Source: Candidatus Desulfobulbus rimicarensis (GTDB taxonomy: Bacteria; Desulfobacterota; Desulfobulbia; Desulfobulbales; Desulfobulbaceae). Taken from it: a DNA stretch of 64,000 nucleotides. Where the stretch lies: assembly GCA_008633435.1 (NCBI GenBank), contig RKSL01000011.1:905-64904 (forward strand). Reading direction: 5' to 3'. Position numbers and translations under genes: made by a program. The notes under the pieces are model-generated. The model was not told where the DNA came from and ran no database searches. It worked only from the letters and a program-made list of their open reading frames with translations. Within the stretch, counting starts at the first letter, position 1; each line of letters begins with the position of its first letter. This document shows positions 1 through 10,307 of the stretch, one piece after another.

Positions 1-44
1 CAACACCTGCCGGGCCGTCAATTGTTACAATCTGCTGCGTTTTT

Positions 45-1157
45 TTACACATATTCGAGTTCCCGTAGACAAATTTGCAACGCCTTTACAAACCGTAAAT
101 TCTCTTCTTCGGTGCCAATGGTTATTCGAATGAATTGTGAAAAGCCATAAGCTTTCATAGATCGAATAATTACTCCTTTATAAAGCATAGCCTCATACAG
201 CGCAGTTGCATCCCCATTGACATCTATTAGAAAGAAATTTGTGCACGACGGGTAAGGCTTGCATCCAAGTTCTTTAACTCGAGCTGTCAGCCATTGCCGC
301 CCGTTGTTGGTGCCGGTTATCGTCTTTTCGTAATGCGATGTATCTTTAAGTGCGGCCAATGCGCCAATTTGTGCTGGAAGATTAATATTAAAAGGTTGTC
401 GTACTCTATGTAGTAGAGATGCTATCTCTTCATGCATAATACCAAATCCTATTCGTAACCCAGCCAGGCCAAACGCCTTTGAAAATGTTCTAAGGGACAC
501 CACTCCGGCTCTCCCTTCACTGCTGTGTATCATTTCTTGGATGTCTATTCGTTTATTCTCGTCAACAAAGTCAATATAAGCCTCATCAAGGACAACGAGT
601 ACAGTTTCAGGCAATTGGCTAAGGAACTTTGCAAATTGTTGTTTGCTGATCAATGTTGCGCAGGGATTATTTGGGTTATCCAGAAAAATGAGCTTTGTTT
701 TCTCTGTACATTTTTTAATTATTTTTTGCAGATCATGGTCTAAGTCTTGTAAGGGGATCACGGTATTGATTCCTCCCCGAACTTGAACGAATTTCTGGTA
801 CATTAAAAATGATGGATGACTGGTGATAACCTCGTCACCAGCTTGAACAAAGGCTTTAACGAGAAATTCTATAACTTCATTTGAGCCATTTCCCAGGACT
901 ATCTGTTCAGGATGAACCCCGACCCATTGAGCAATCGCATGGGTGAGATAATAACTTGAACCATCCGGATAACGGTGCAAGCCCATGAGCATACCAGTTA
1001 TCGCGGTAACCGCCTTTGGTGACGGTCCCCATGGATTCTCATTGGAAGCAAGTTTAATTGATTCAGTAATACCATATTCACGTTCGAGTTCATCCTGTGG
1101 TTTTCCGGGAGGATAGGGAACAATTTCAGCAATATTTTGTGGAATGGGGAGTTTCAT
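45..1157 (-). CDS. hisC: histidinol-phosphate aminotransferase
   Basis: 370-aa ORF. It has 'KLASNENPWGPSP' near the N-terminus and the PLP-lysine region 'RTFSKAFGLAGLRIG', both typical of HisC-type class II aminotransferases. Confidence 0.9.
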   Translation of the reverse strand: MKLPIPQNIAEIVPYPPGKPQDELEREYGITESIKLASNENPWGPSPKAVTAITGMLMGLHRYPDGSSYYLTHAIAQWVGVHPEQIVLGNGSNEVIEFLVKAFVQAGDEVITSHPSFLMYQKFVQVRGGINTVIPLQDLDHDLQKIIKKCTEKTKLIFLDNPNNPCATLISKQQFAKFLSQLPETVLVVLDEAYIDFVDENKRIDIQEMIHSSEGRAGVVSLRTFSKAFGLAGLRIGFGIMHEEIASLLHRVRQPFNINLPAQIGALAALKDTSHYEKTITGTNNGRQWLTARVKELGCKPYPSCTNFFLIDVNGDATALYEAMLYKGVIIRSMKAYGFSQFIRITIGTEEENLRFVKALQICLRELEYV

Positions 1158-1209
1158 AGTCGATGTCCGATGTAAAAGGAAATGAGGTAAAATATCGTAG
1201 AAGTAAGTA

Positions 1210-1236
1210 CCGCCAGGGGCATTGCGCCCCTGGCGG
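1210..1236 (-). terminator. GC-rich perfect hairpin downstream of gatA (possible terminator or processing site)
   Basis: CCGCCAGGGGC-attgc-GCCCCTGGCGG forms an 11-bp perfect stem about 30 nt after the gatA stop. No clean U-run follows on the minus strand. Confidence 0.35.
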
Positions 1237-1267
1237 TTGTAAGTATACGCCTGTAAGTGCAGGCCGG

Positions 1268-2725
1268 TTAGAGTGGGGGGGACATTTTTCTGATCCCAGC
1301 CTGTTGTTCAATATTCCAGGCAGCCCGGAAGAGCACCTCTTCATTGAAATGGGCAGCCTGCATTTGCATACCGATAGGTAAGCCCTCAGCAGAAAAACCA
1401 CAGGGGACAGAAATTCCTGGAATCCCTGCCAGATTAGCTGATAATGTTAGGATGTCAGAGAGATACATCGCCAACGGATCATCTGAATTTTTGCCTATCT
1501 GCCAGGCCGGAGTTGGTGTAACCGGCGACACAACAAGGTCGCAGCTGGCAAAGGCCTTTTCAAAGTCATCTTTAATGAGGGTGCGTACCTGGGAAGCTTT
1601 TTTATAATAGGCATCGTAATACCCTGATGAGAGAGCATATGTACCAATGAGTATTCTTCGTTTAACCTCATCCCCAAAGCCTTGGGAGCGACTCTGCTTG
1701 TACATATCGAGAAGTGATTCTGCCTCAAGATCGCGATAGCCATATCGCACGCCATCAAAGCGGGCAAGATTGGAACTGGCTTCTGCCGGGGCTATTAAGT
1801 AGTAGACGGCCACACAGTATTCGGTGTGGGGTAGTGATAGTTCCACAATCTCTGCACCTGCATCTTTAAGCATGTCAATGCCGTTTCTCACGACCTTGTC
1901 AACATCAGGATCAAGTCCCGCGCCAAAGTATTCTTCTGGAATACCGACACGCATCCCTTTCATACCGTCAACAAGTGCTGTTGAAAAATCAGGAACAGCT
2001 CGGTCGATTGAGGTCGAGTCCCTCAGGTCATGGCCAGAGAGAATATTCATCATCAGGGCACAGTCGGTAACATCTTTGGTCAAGGGGCCGACCTGATCAA
2101 GGGAGGAGGCAAAGGCAACCAGGCCATACCTGGACACCCTGCCGTAGGTCGGCTTCATTCCGACAATTCCGCAGAGGGAAGCTGGTTGGCGGATAGAGCC
2201 GCCAGTGTCTGAACCAAGCGAAGCAAGACACTCTCCGGCAGCCACTGCGGCAGCAGACCCACCGCTCGATCCGCCAGCGACATAGCCTGGTTTCCAGGGA
2301 TTCTCCGGCACGGTATAGGCACAGCTCTCACTGGTAGACCCCATGGCAAATTCATCCATGGCGACTTTGCCAAGTATAATCGCCCCTTCGTCTTTGAGCC
2401 GTCTGATCACGGTTGCATCATAGGGTGGAGTAAACCCTTCAAGGATTTTAGAACCGCAGGTTGTTGGCATGTCTGCGGTACAGAGGACATCTTTTACTGC
2501 CAGTGGAAGGCCGCAGAGTTCTTTAGCGTTGTCCTTGGCAAGTTGTTCGTCAGCCTGTTGCGCAGCTTGTAATGCCTGTTCTTTATGCAGGCTGATAAAG
2601 GCTTTGACCTTGCTTTCGACCTGATCAATACGTGCTAACAGAGATTGGGTTAGAGCAAGCGAGGTGATGTCACGGTTTATTAGTTTGTCTTTGGCCTGTT
2701 GTAAAGTGAGTGTATGTAATTCCAT
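1268..2725 (-). CDS. gatA: Asp/Glu-tRNA amidotransferase subunit A
   Basis: 485-aa ORF with the amidase signature '[12 protein letters not shown]' and '[12 protein letters not shown]'. It lies directly downstream of gatC. Confidence 0.95.
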   Translation of the reverse strand: MELHTLTLQQAKDKLINRDITSLALTQSLLARIDQVESKVKAFISLHKEQALQAAQQADEQLAKDNAKELCGLPLAVKDVLCTADMPTTCGSKILEGFTPPYDATVIRRLKDEGAIILGKVAMDEFAMGSTSESCAYTVPENPWKPGYVAGGSSGGSAAAVAAGECLASLGSDTGGSIRQPASLCGIVGMKPTYGRVSRYGLVAFASSLDQVGPLTKDVTDCALMMNILSGHDLRDSTSIDRAVPDFSTALVDGMKGMRVGIPEEYFGAGLDPDVDKVVRNGIDMLKDAGAEIVELSLPHTEYCVAVYYLIAPAEASSNLARFDGVRYGYRDLEAESLLDMYKQSRSQGFGDEVKRRILIGTYALSSGYYDAYYKKASQVRTLIKDDFEKAFASCDLVVSPVTPTPAWQIGKNSDDPLAMYLSDILTLSANLAGIPGISVPCGFSAEGLPIGMQMQAAHFNEEVLFRAAWNIEQQAGIRKMSPPL

Positions 2726-2793
2726 AGGAAGATGTATATCAAAATAGATGTTTTGCAGGGATACAATGTATTCCCGGTTGGATGAACAAGGAA

Positions 2794-3081
2794 TCAGGTA
2801 ATAATCTTGGGAACAGTAAAGGCCTCTTCGTCTGCAAGAGGAGCATTGGCAAGTGCCTTGTCCTTTGGCAGAGATTCCTGGACGATATCGTCACGAAAGG
2901 CATTGGTGACAGGTTGAGTATGGGTGGTTACAGGAATATTGTCAGTATTGAGTTCATCAAGTTTTGCCACATAGCTGAGGATGGTATCAAGCTGCCTGGT
3001 CATCTGTTCCACTTCATTTTCTGTCAGTTGAAGCCGAGCCAGAGCCGCAACTTTTTCTACCTCTTCTTTGGTGATTTTCAT
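2794..3081 (-). CDS. gatC: Asp/Glu-tRNA amidotransferase subunit C
   Basis: The internal Met of the 139-aa track ORF gives a 95-aa protein, 'MKITKEEVEKVAALARLQLTENEVEQ...', which is the typical GatC opening. It is positioned upstream of gatA. Confidence 0.85.
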   Translation of the reverse strand: MKITKEEVEKVAALARLQLTENEVEQMTRQLDTILSYVAKLDELNTDNIPVTTHTQPVTNAFRDDIVQESLPKDKALANAPLADEEAFTVPKIIT

Positions 3082-3241
3082 CTGCTGTATCTCTTCTCTC
3101 TTGAAGTGTCCCCTCGTCACATACTGGTGGTGTTGAGGAGACTTGTATAGGTTGATGTAATTATTATCTCTTGCTCTATATACTGCGCCAATAGCGAAAG
3201 AACAAGTCCGCAATAGCGTGGATTACTGCACGTCCTGTGCC

Positions 3242-4306
3242 TCATAATTGCCAGAAGTTTCCTGCCAATTGTAAGGCCTGATCAAGGGGGGAGCAGGCTA
3301 TGGATGCCTCGGCAAAGGTTTTTGCGGTTTTGTCAGCCAGGTTCACAGGGTATCCGCAATCAAGATGTTTGCCGCAAAGCTCGGCCAGAACGGCAAGGGC
3401 GCCATCTCGCATTCCTGTAAGATTATATCCTCCCTCAAGTGTAACCAGCAGTTTTCCCTGGCAAACCTCTTCAGCCACGTTGACAAGCTGTCTGGTCATC
3501 CAGGCAAAACCGTCAGCGGTAACCTCCATGGCACCCAACGGGTCGCCATTATAGATATCAAAGCCACAGGAGACGAGAATAAGCTCTGGTGCATATTGGC
3601 GGGTAATTGGCAGTACCAGTTCATTGTAAAGGCGGGCAAAATCCATATCACCCTGGCCACCTGGCAGAGGAATATTGACGGTAAAGCCGTTGCCTGCACC
3701 TGTACCTGTTTCAGGGAGAGCGCCGGTGCCGGGATAATACGGAAACTGGTGACTGGAAAGATAGAGAACCTTGTCAGTATCATAAAAACTTTTTTGTGTG
3801 CCATTGCCATGGTGCAGATCCCAGTCAATGATCAATATTTTTTTAAGGCCGAGTTCCTTTTGGGCCCAGCGCGCTGCTATGGCCACGTTGTTAAACAGAC
3901 AAAATCCCATGGATTGATCCCGTTCAGCATGATGTCCTGGGGGGCGAACCAGGCAGAAGGCGTTGTCAATTTCATTGTTTTCAAGACGGATTATGCCATC
4001 GATGAGTGCCCCCGCTGCCAGACAGGCGGCGTGATAGGACTGGGGGGATGTTCTGGTGTCGCCATCAAGGAAATCATGGTCCCGCCCGCTGGTGTCAGCA
4101 ACACGTCGGCACATCGTTTCGCTGTGGTTAAGACGAATAATGTCGTGAGATGCCGCTTCAAACTGCGGGTAAAGAAAATTTTTACTGATGTGTTCCTGGT
4201 TCAGCACATCGTAAATGACCTGCAGCCGTTCCGGGGTTTCGGGATGGTCATATCCTGGTTGATGTTTCAGGAAAAGGTTATCGCGGTAGATTGCTGTTTT
4301 ACGCAT
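3242..4306 (-). CDS. histone deacetylase-family (arginase-fold) deacetylase
   Basis: Class II HDAC / acetoin-utilisation motifs are present: 'RPPGHHA', '[13 protein letters not shown]' and 'LEGGYN'. The start is placed at the second Met (4306), which has an AGAGGAA Shine-Dalgarno and an 8-nt overlap with the upstream gene. The track start at 4327 is also possible. Confidence 0.8.
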   Translation of the reverse strand: MRKTAIYRDNLFLKHQPGYDHPETPERLQVIYDVLNQEHISKNFLYPQFEAASHDIIRLNHSETMCRRVADTSGRDHDFLDGDTRTSPQSYHAACLAAGALIDGIIRLENNEIDNAFCLVRPPGHHAERDQSMGFCLFNNVAIAARWAQKELGLKKILIIDWDLHHGNGTQKSFYDTDKVLYLSSHQFPYYPGTGALPETGTGAGNGFTVNIPLPGGQGDMDFARLYNELVLPITRQYAPELILVSCGFDIYNGDPLGAMEVTADGFAWMTRQLVNVAEEVCQGKLLVTLEGGYNLTGMRDGALAVLAELCGKHLDCGYPVNLADKTAKTFAEASIACSPLDQALQLAGNFWQL

Positions 4307-4892
4307 GGAGGTTCCTCTTACAGTCATAAAGAGTTGTTTCGGTCATTACATAGTCCATGAATTGATCGTGCGGTTCAACTGGTACGCGGGGAACCATCTG
4401 CATGGCAAATGCCAGGGCAATACGTTGTGCCTGGGGTGCCTGTTCGGCAAGAAAACGATCATAAAACCCGCCTCCATACCCCAGACGTCCTCCGCCAGGG
4501 TCAAAAACTGAGCCAGGGACGATAACAGTGTCAATGGTTTGCGGTTCTATAGTTGAGCTTGCAATGGTTTGCGAGGTTGGTTCAGGGATGCCGTAATAGC
4601 CAGGAATAAGCTGATTGTCCGGGTCATGCAGGTTCACGGCAATAATCTTTTGCTGACTGGGCAGTGTCTTTGGCACGGAAACCGTTTTCCCGGCAGCAAG
4701 CAGGGTTTGAATAACAGGTATTGTTGCCACCTCACTGCGAAAATGGACGTAGATAAAAATGTGGTCGGCAGCGGTGATGGCCTCGTGCCTGAACAGTCGG
4801 GAATGGAGTATTCCTGCCCATTTTTTTCTTTGTTCAGCCGACAGGGCATCGCGGGCAGCAAGGATTGAATGTCGAAGTGCGTGTCTGTCCAT
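4299..4892 (-). CDS. 5-formyltetrahydrofolate cyclo-ligase
   Basis: 197-aa ORF with the C-terminal '[16 protein letters not shown]' motif characteristic of the MTHFS family. Confidence 0.85.
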   Translation of the reverse strand: MDRHALRHSILAARDALSAEQRKKWAGILHSRLFRHEAITAADHIFIYVHFRSEVATIPVIQTLLAAGKTVSVPKTLPSQQKIIAVNLHDPDNQLIPGYYGIPEPTSQTIASSTIEPQTIDTVIVPGSVFDPGGGRLGYGGGFYDRFLAEQAPQAQRIALAFAMQMVPRVPVEPHDQFMDYVMTETTLYDCKRNLHA

Positions 4893-4901
4893 GGGCAGTC
4901 T

Positions 4902-5867
4902 TTAGATGAGAGAAAAGCAGTAGAGAAGATAGCCTAGAAAAAAAAGGAGGCCGTGCCAGCGGTTTGTGCCATTATATCTGTGCAGGATCGGAATCAGCAG
5001 AATGGTAAAGGTGAGCATCACCGGCAGGTCACGTCTGAGCAGATCCGTAGAGAGTCGGAACGGACTGATCATTCCGGTGAGTCCGAGCACCATAAAGAGG
5101 TTAAACATATTGGAGCCGATAACATTGCCAATCAACATGCCGGACTCATTGCGTCGCAGCGCAGAAATACTTGAGGCCAGCTCTGGCAGGGATGTGCCTA
5201 TGGCCGCCATGGTCAGCCCGATGACAAGCTCAGATACGCCAAAAAAACGAGCCAGATCTACAGCCCCGTTGATAAAAAGGCTTGATCCGCCTGCCAACAG
5301 CAGCAGTCCCGTACCAACAAAGATAAAGGGCAGGAGCAGTGGTTCCTCTGGTAAAGATTTTTGTTCCCGGCTTGCAGCAGAGGAGGCGGTCTTTCCCAGG
5401 TGATGACGGTAAATGAGCACTGTATAGCTGATAAGCACCAGGATAAACAGCAGGCCCAAGGCTCGTGGAAAATTTCCATATGCTGTGGCAAGGGTAAGGA
5501 TAACAGAGCCACACACGACCAGCAGCAGTTCGGTCCAGACATCCCGCAGGGGCAGAGTCAGGGGCATGATCAACCCGGAAATGCCCAGGATAAGCCCGAT
5601 GTTGGCAATATTTGAGCCCACCACATTGCCAATCATAATGTCGGGATGATTATGCAGGGATGCGGTCAGACTGACAAAGAGTTCTGGTACCGAGGTGCCA
5701 AAGGCAACAATGGTAAGGCCGATCATAAGCGGGCTTACCTTCCACCTGCGGGCAAGCCGGGTGGCTCCGCTGACCAGTGTTTCTCCGCCGCCAACCAGGA
5801 AAATCAGTCCTCCAAGAACCGCGAGGAAAGCGATAAGGGGGGACGAAAAAATAGACTGATCGTTCAT
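4902..5867 (-). CDS. CaCA-family sodium/calcium exchanger (YrbG-like)
   Basis: 321-aa polytopic membrane protein with two alpha-repeats, 'AFGTSVPELFVS' and 'AIGTSLPELASS', each followed by 'GNV(V/I)GSN(I/M)(A/F)N'. Confidence 0.8.
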   Translation of the reverse strand: MNDQSIFSSPLIAFLAVLGGLIFLVGGGETLVSGATRLARRWKVSPLMIGLTIVAFGTSVPELFVSLTASLHNHPDIMIGNVVGSNIANIGLILGISGLIMPLTLPLRDVWTELLLVVCGSVILTLATAYGNFPRALGLLFILVLISYTVLIYRHHLGKTASSAASREQKSLPEEPLLLPFIFVGTGLLLLAGGSSLFINGAVDLARFFGVSELVIGLTMAAIGTSLPELASSISALRRNESGMLIGNVIGSNMFNLFMVLGLTGMISPFRLSTDLLRRDLPVMLTFTILLIPILHRYNGTNRWHGLLFFLGYLLYCFSLI

Positions 5868-6595
5868 GGATGAACAATTGTTCGCATTTCAGGTTCGCCT
5901 TGTCGTTCAAATGCAGTGTCTATCAATGGCTTTATTTTCTGTTTGATTGTTTTGAGAGGTGGAATCTGCGGGATTTGAGGCAGGAGATCCTCTACGGCAG
6001 GGGGCGGATGAACACGCATTTTGTTTTCCAGGCTTTCGCCGGTTTTTGGTTGTAAACCACCTTCCATGGGCCCTGACTTGACATGACCGCTTCCCCCCAG
6101 CCCGCGTAAGAACCCCATGATGATCCCCAGATCATTTTTTTTATAAAAGAGCTTAATCTCTTCGCTGATGGTTTCGTGTTCCTCTCGAAGCTGTTCAATG
6201 GTATTCTGGTATTCGGTAATATTCTGTTCCAGTTCTTCATAGGTGTCAAAAATGAGGTTGCGGAACCGGCTTCTCCGGGTCATGCCGTGTACCTCCCGTC
6301 CCGCAAGGATGCGTTTTCTGATGGTCGGGGACGTCGTGATATAAGGGTCATAAAATAACCGCTCGTCCAGGCCGATTATCTCGAAAAAATTATGGATAAG
6401 CGTTCTGTCTTTAAGTAAGGTGTATAAGCGGACAAGATCAAATCCGATTTTTTGCTCCAGGCTTCTAAACGATGTAACGACCATGTCATCATAAGCCTGT
6501 ATGTCGTCTTCTATGAGTTTGCGAAACCCGAAGTAACGGTCTGCAATCTCTTTTTTGACCTCAATGGAGAGCATCTGGTCAATGTCCTGCATCAT
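5864..6595 (-). CDS. hypothetical protein (helical/coiled-coil N-terminal part, Pro/Gly-rich tail)
   Basis: 243-aa ORF with an ATGA 4-nt overlap with the downstream antiporter gene. I recognise no motif in it. Confidence 0.5.
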   Translation of the reverse strand: MMQDIDQMLSIEVKKEIADRYFGFRKLIEDDIQAYDDMVVTSFRSLEQKIGFDLVRLYTLLKDRTLIHNFFEIIGLDERLFYDPYITTSPTIRKRILAGREVHGMTRRSRFRNLIFDTYEELEQNITEYQNTIEQLREEHETISEEIKLFYKKNDLGIIMGFLRGLGGSGHVKSGPMEGGLQPKTGESLENKMRVHPPPAVEDLLPQIPQIPPLKTIKQKIKPLIDTAFERQGEPEMRTIVHP

Positions 6596-6721
6596 GGTGT
6601 CTTCTCCCTGATGTTTTCATTGGCAAACAGGAAAATTTACGAAAAGGAAACTCCCTGCACCTCTATCCAGTCTACCCGATTTACGCTGTTTTGCATAACG
6701 AAATGGCAGGAATACCCAACT

Positions 6722-8518
6722 ATGAGCCCCATTGATCAACGGGATGCAATAAAAAACAACATTCGTGACGCTGCAGATATTGTGCAGGTAATCAGCGAGT
6801 GCGTGGAACTTAAGAAAGCCGGAACCAGGTTTACCGGACTTTGTCCGTTTCATGCCGAAAAAACGCCGTCATTTTCTGTCAATCCGCAGGGGCAGTTTTT
6901 TCACTGTTTTGGCTGTGGAGAATCAGGTGATGTGTTTTCTTTTATGATGAAATATCATCATCTGAGTTTTCCGGAGGCTCTCAAAGATCTTGCCAAGCGG
7001 TATCATGTTGATCTGCCGGAACAGAAGATGAGTGATGCTGATCGGGCCAGAATGAAAAAACGTGAGCAGCTGTATCTGGTTAATCAAAAGGCAAGTGAGA
7101 TCTACCAGAAATATTTGCGCGAGTCTCAGGAGGCTGAACCTGCCCGAAAATATCTGTCTGATCGAGGGGTGCCCGAAGAGCTCGTCAGCCGCTATCAGTT
7201 GGGCTATGTGCCGTCTCCAGAAGTTGGCGGATGGAAATTTATAACCAGCAGGCTACAGTCTAAAAACATATCTGCAGTAGCCGTTGAACAGGCAGGCCTT
7301 GCTGTGAAGAAAGAGAGCGGTGGGTATTATGACCGCTTTCGGGATCGGGTGTTGTTTCCGATTTTCGATATGAGTGGCAGAGTAGTTGCCTTTGGCGGAC
7401 GTATTCTTGGCGAGGGCAAACCCAAATATATGAATTCGCCCGAGTCGATTATTTTTGATAAAAGCCGTCTGCTCTTTGGCCTGTACCAGCATCGCGAGGC
7501 TATTCGCAAGAGTCGCAGGGCCATTATTGTTGAGGGAAATTTTGATCTGTTGCTCTTGGCGGTGCATGGCATAGATAATGTGGCTGCACCCCTGGGTACA
7601 GCCCTGACCCGGCAGCATATCAAATCTTTGCGTGGCTATTGTGATGAGGTCGTTTTGCTTTTTGATGGCGATTCAGCCGGATTGAAAGCTGCCCGGAGGT
7701 CCATACCCTTTTTTCTTGCTGAACAGGTCGAGGGGAAGGTTGCTTTGCTGCCGACCGGGCATGATCCTGATTCTCTGGTACGGGAAAAGGGCAGTGGAGC
7801 TATCACAGACTTGGTTGAGAGGGCAAAGCCGCTTGCCGAGTTTGTATTTACAGCACTAGTTGAAGAGTATGGGCTGACCTTGTCCGGTAAAAACAGCATT
7901 ATGCAGGAGTTGTCCGCATTGGTGAAAGAGGCATCAGACCCGTCACAGCGGGATTTGATGATTGCGCATTTCAGTGAGAAACTCGGTGTTTCTCCGGCAC
8001 GTTTTCAATCCGGTGTTCCCCGGCAGGTTGTACGCAGAGAGAACTTTGAACCGGAGGGAAGGGTTTCTCTGCAGCAATTACCCCGGAAAGAACGCCAGGT
8101 CGTCGATTTTCTGGTGCTCTACCCTGAGTTTCTGGGTGAACTTCAACTGGCGGGGCTGGATCAGGTCATTGGTGAGCCGGTTGTTAAGGAGCTGGTCACT
8201 CATCTGGAGCAGTTGGGGAAAAGGGGGAGTTTTATGCCCGAAGAGTTGCTTTCTGTACTGACGGCAAAAAAGGATCAGCAGTATATATCTGACCTGCTGA
8301 TGCGGGGGTGTGACCCGGGGGAGGACGAAGAAAATCATGGGCGGAAACTTTGCGATCAGTTATTGGCCTGGATGGAATCCGTTCTGATGCAACGCGATGG
8401 AGCTGATCTCCAACGACAAATTCATGAAGCGCAGCAATCCGGAGATGTTGCACGGTTGGAGGCGTTATTGATACAAAAATTTGAAGTGTTGAGAAAAAAC
8501 AGGACATTGCAAAGATAA
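6722..8518 (+). CDS. dnaG: DNA primase
   Basis: Zinc ribbon 'CPFHAEKTPSFSVNPQGQFFHCFGCGESGD' and TOPRIM motifs 'IVEGNFDLL' and 'LLFDGDSAG'. The start is taken at ATG 6722 (MSPIDQRDAIK...); the longer track ORF from 6452 overlaps the divergent gene. Confidence 0.9.
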   Translation: MSPIDQRDAIKNNIRDAADIVQVISECVELKKAGTRFTGLCPFHAEKTPSFSVNPQGQFFHCFGCGESGDVFSFMMKYHHLSFPEALKDLAKRYHVDLPEQKMSDADRARMKKREQLYLVNQKASEIYQKYLRESQEAEPARKYLSDRGVPEELVSRYQLGYVPSPEVGGWKFITSRLQSKNISAVAVEQAGLAVKKESGGYYDRFRDRVLFPIFDMSGRVVAFGGRILGEGKPKYMNSPESIIFDKSRLLFGLYQHREAIRKSRRAIIVEGNFDLLLLAVHGIDNVAAPLGTALTRQHIKSLRGYCDEVVLLFDGDSAGLKAARRSIPFFLAEQVEGKVALLPTGHDPDSLVREKGSGAITDLVERAKPLAEFVFTALVEEYGLTLSGKNSIMQELSALVKEASDPSQRDLMIAHFSEKLGVSPARFQSGVPRQVVRRENFEPEGRVSLQQLPRKERQVVDFLVLYPEFLGELQLAGLDQVIGEPVVKELVTHLEQLGKRGSFMPEELLSVLTAKKDQQYISDLLMRGCDPGEDEENHGRKLCDQLLAWMESVLMQRDGADLQRQIHEAQQSGDVARLEALLIQKFEVLRKNRTLQR

Positions 8519-8776
8519 CAGCTTGAAAGAAGTATACAATCTGGTATCATTGGTGGCGAAGTATTATTTTTTATACTTTTTGTCTGTCTTCTGTTACAAT
8601 TTTTATTCTGTATATTGCTGCTGGGTAGTCCCGTTCTTCATACATGATAATTTTTCAGTCAGACGTGTTGGAGTAGAAGGGTAGGGAGTTTTGTCGAAAT
8701 AGATACTATCAGTGCAGATCGTTTTAAGTACGACGATAAAGCAGTGATACGTTCATAAAGAAAGGAGCTGGCTTGG

Positions 8777-10297
8777 GTGAGTACACTTGAAAACGATATA
8801 GACTTTGTAGAGAGTGGATTGGTAACAGCACCTATTGTTGGCGAGCGCCGTACCGTGAGTGACAGGCGCAATGGGGTCGATCGTCGTCAGGGAGCTGCAA
8901 GTGTCGATCCAATGAATATTTATCTGCGTGAAATGGGTAATCTTACCCTGCTGAGCCATGACGAGGAAATTAAACTTGCCCAGATGATAGAAGAGGGGGA
9001 ACGTCGGGTACAACGTGCAGTGCTACGCCTACCTCTGGGGTTGCCGGCGCTTCATGAGCTTGCAGCGGGGCTTGGTACAGGGAGGATGCGTATCGGCACT
9101 GTACTGAAGACAGTTTCTGACAATGATGATAATGCGTTACGGGTTATTAAAGAGGAGTTTTTAGCCACCATTGATAAGGCGGTTGAGCTTGACGAAGAGC
9201 GGCGTGTTCTGTTTGCGGAATTGCAAAAGGTTGCCGGGGATACAGAATCAGAAGATCAAATCCTCCAGCAAATTGTCGATATTGGCCTTGCAGTAGCAGA
9301 TCTTTTTGAGGAGTATCGTTTAAGCCCCAAAGGAATTTTGACCGTTGCCGATGCGGTTGAGCAGCTGAGCGACAAGTTGAGAAAAGTGTTTGTCAAGGTG
9401 CAACAGGAAGCTTTGCTGGCAGCACAAAGAGGGGAGAGTGCGGTCACGGATGAAGTTGGTCAGCAAGCACTTGAGAGGCAAATTGCCATGGAATTTGCCG
9501 AATCGATAGGGGTAAATTTCACGACATTTCAGTCCATTGTGTCTGGTATAGAGATTGGAAGAGAAACAGCAAAGCAAGCCAAAGAATCACTTGTGCGCGC
9601 GAATTTGCGACTGGTCATTTCGGTTTCAAAAAAGTTTCTCAACCGTGGCCTGCAACTTCCTGATCTGATTCAGGAGGGGAATATAGGATTGATGAAGGCC
9701 GTAGAGAAATACGACTATAATCGTGGTTATAAGTTTTCAACCTATGCCACCTGGTGGATCAGACAGGCAATCACCCGTGGCATTGCTGATCAGGGCAGAA
9801 CGATTCGTCTCCCTGTGCATATGATTGAGACTATTAATCGTATGTTGAGGTTTACACGGGATTTCAACAGGGTGGAGAGTCGAGAACCGACGCCTGAGGA
9901 AATGGCAGACCAGCTGGGCACGGATCTGGACAGGGTACATGTCGCCTTGAAAACCGCCAAAGATGCCATCTCTCTTGATGCTCCGGTCGGTGACGAAGAA
10001 GACACTATGCTCAGCGATTTTATAGAAGATCATGCCCACCCAGATCCTCAGGAGGCTTCCATTACCGAGAGTTTGAAACGCTGTCTCTGTAAAGTTATGG
10101 GTTCGCTTACTCCCAGAGAAGAAAAAGTGCTGCGGATGCGGTATGGCATAGAGGTCGGTTGTGACCATACCCTTGAAGAAGTCGGGCAGTGTTTTTCTGT
10201 TACTCGTGAGAGGATTCGCCAGATTGAAGCTAAAGCAATCCAGAAAATGCGTCACCCAACCAGAAGTGATGATTTAAAAGCCTTTATGCTCGATTGA
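8777..10297 (+). CDS. rpoD: RNA polymerase sigma-70 factor, primary-type, with a short atypical N-terminus
   Basis: Region 1.2 'IYLREMG', region 2 '[37 protein letters not shown]' and region 4 '[21 protein letters not shown]' are all present. It has a GTG start with an AAAGGAG Shine-Dalgarno and lies downstream of dnaG, as in the MMS operon. Confidence 0.9.
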   Translation: MSTLENDIDFVESGLVTAPIVGERRTVSDRRNGVDRRQGAASVDPMNIYLREMGNLTLLSHDEEIKLAQMIEEGERRVQRAVLRLPLGLPALHELAAGLGTGRMRIGTVLKTVSDNDDNALRVIKEEFLATIDKAVELDEERRVLFAELQKVAGDTESEDQILQQIVDIGLAVADLFEEYRLSPKGILTVADAVEQLSDKLRKVFVKVQQEALLAAQRGESAVTDEVGQQALERQIAMEFAESIGVNFTTFQSIVSGIEIGRETAKQAKESLVRANLRLVISVSKKFLNRGLQLPDLIQEGNIGLMKAVEKYDYNRGYKFSTYATWWIRQAITRGIADQGRTIRLPVHMIETINRMLRFTRDFNRVESREPTPEEMADQLGTDLDRVHVALKTAKDAISLDAPVGDEEDTMLSDFIEDHAHPDPQEASITESLKRCLCKVMGSLTPREEKVLRMRYGIEVGCDHTLEEVGQCFSVTRERIRQIEAKAIQKMRHPTRSDDLKAFMLD

Positions 10298-10307
10298 CCT
10301 TTTACTG

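Noticed and set aside
3365-4360. 331-aa plus-strand ORF antisense to the HDAC-like gene
   Set aside because: It lies entirely inside a well-supported minus-strand gene, has a low-complexity composition with no motifs, and looks like a typical shadow ORF.
4893-4901. Looked for a 6S RNA gene upstream of the 5-formyl-THF cyclo-ligase gene, by analogy with the E. coli ssrS-ygfA synteny
   Set aside because: Only 9 nt separate it from the upstream exchanger gene, which leaves no room for an RNA gene.
6452-6721. N-terminal extensions in the ORF track for dnaG, and likewise for birA (17000), trxA (to 34568), hemL (34590), livK1 (57888), livK2 (59417) and livG (62483)
   Set aside because: The extensions overlap neighbouring genes or terminators and lack conserved sequence. 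Internal starts with a Shine-Dalgarno and canonical N-termini were used instead.
9737-10255. 172-aa minus-strand ORF antisense to rpoD
   Set aside because: It is a shadow ORF inside the conserved sigma-70 regions 2-4.
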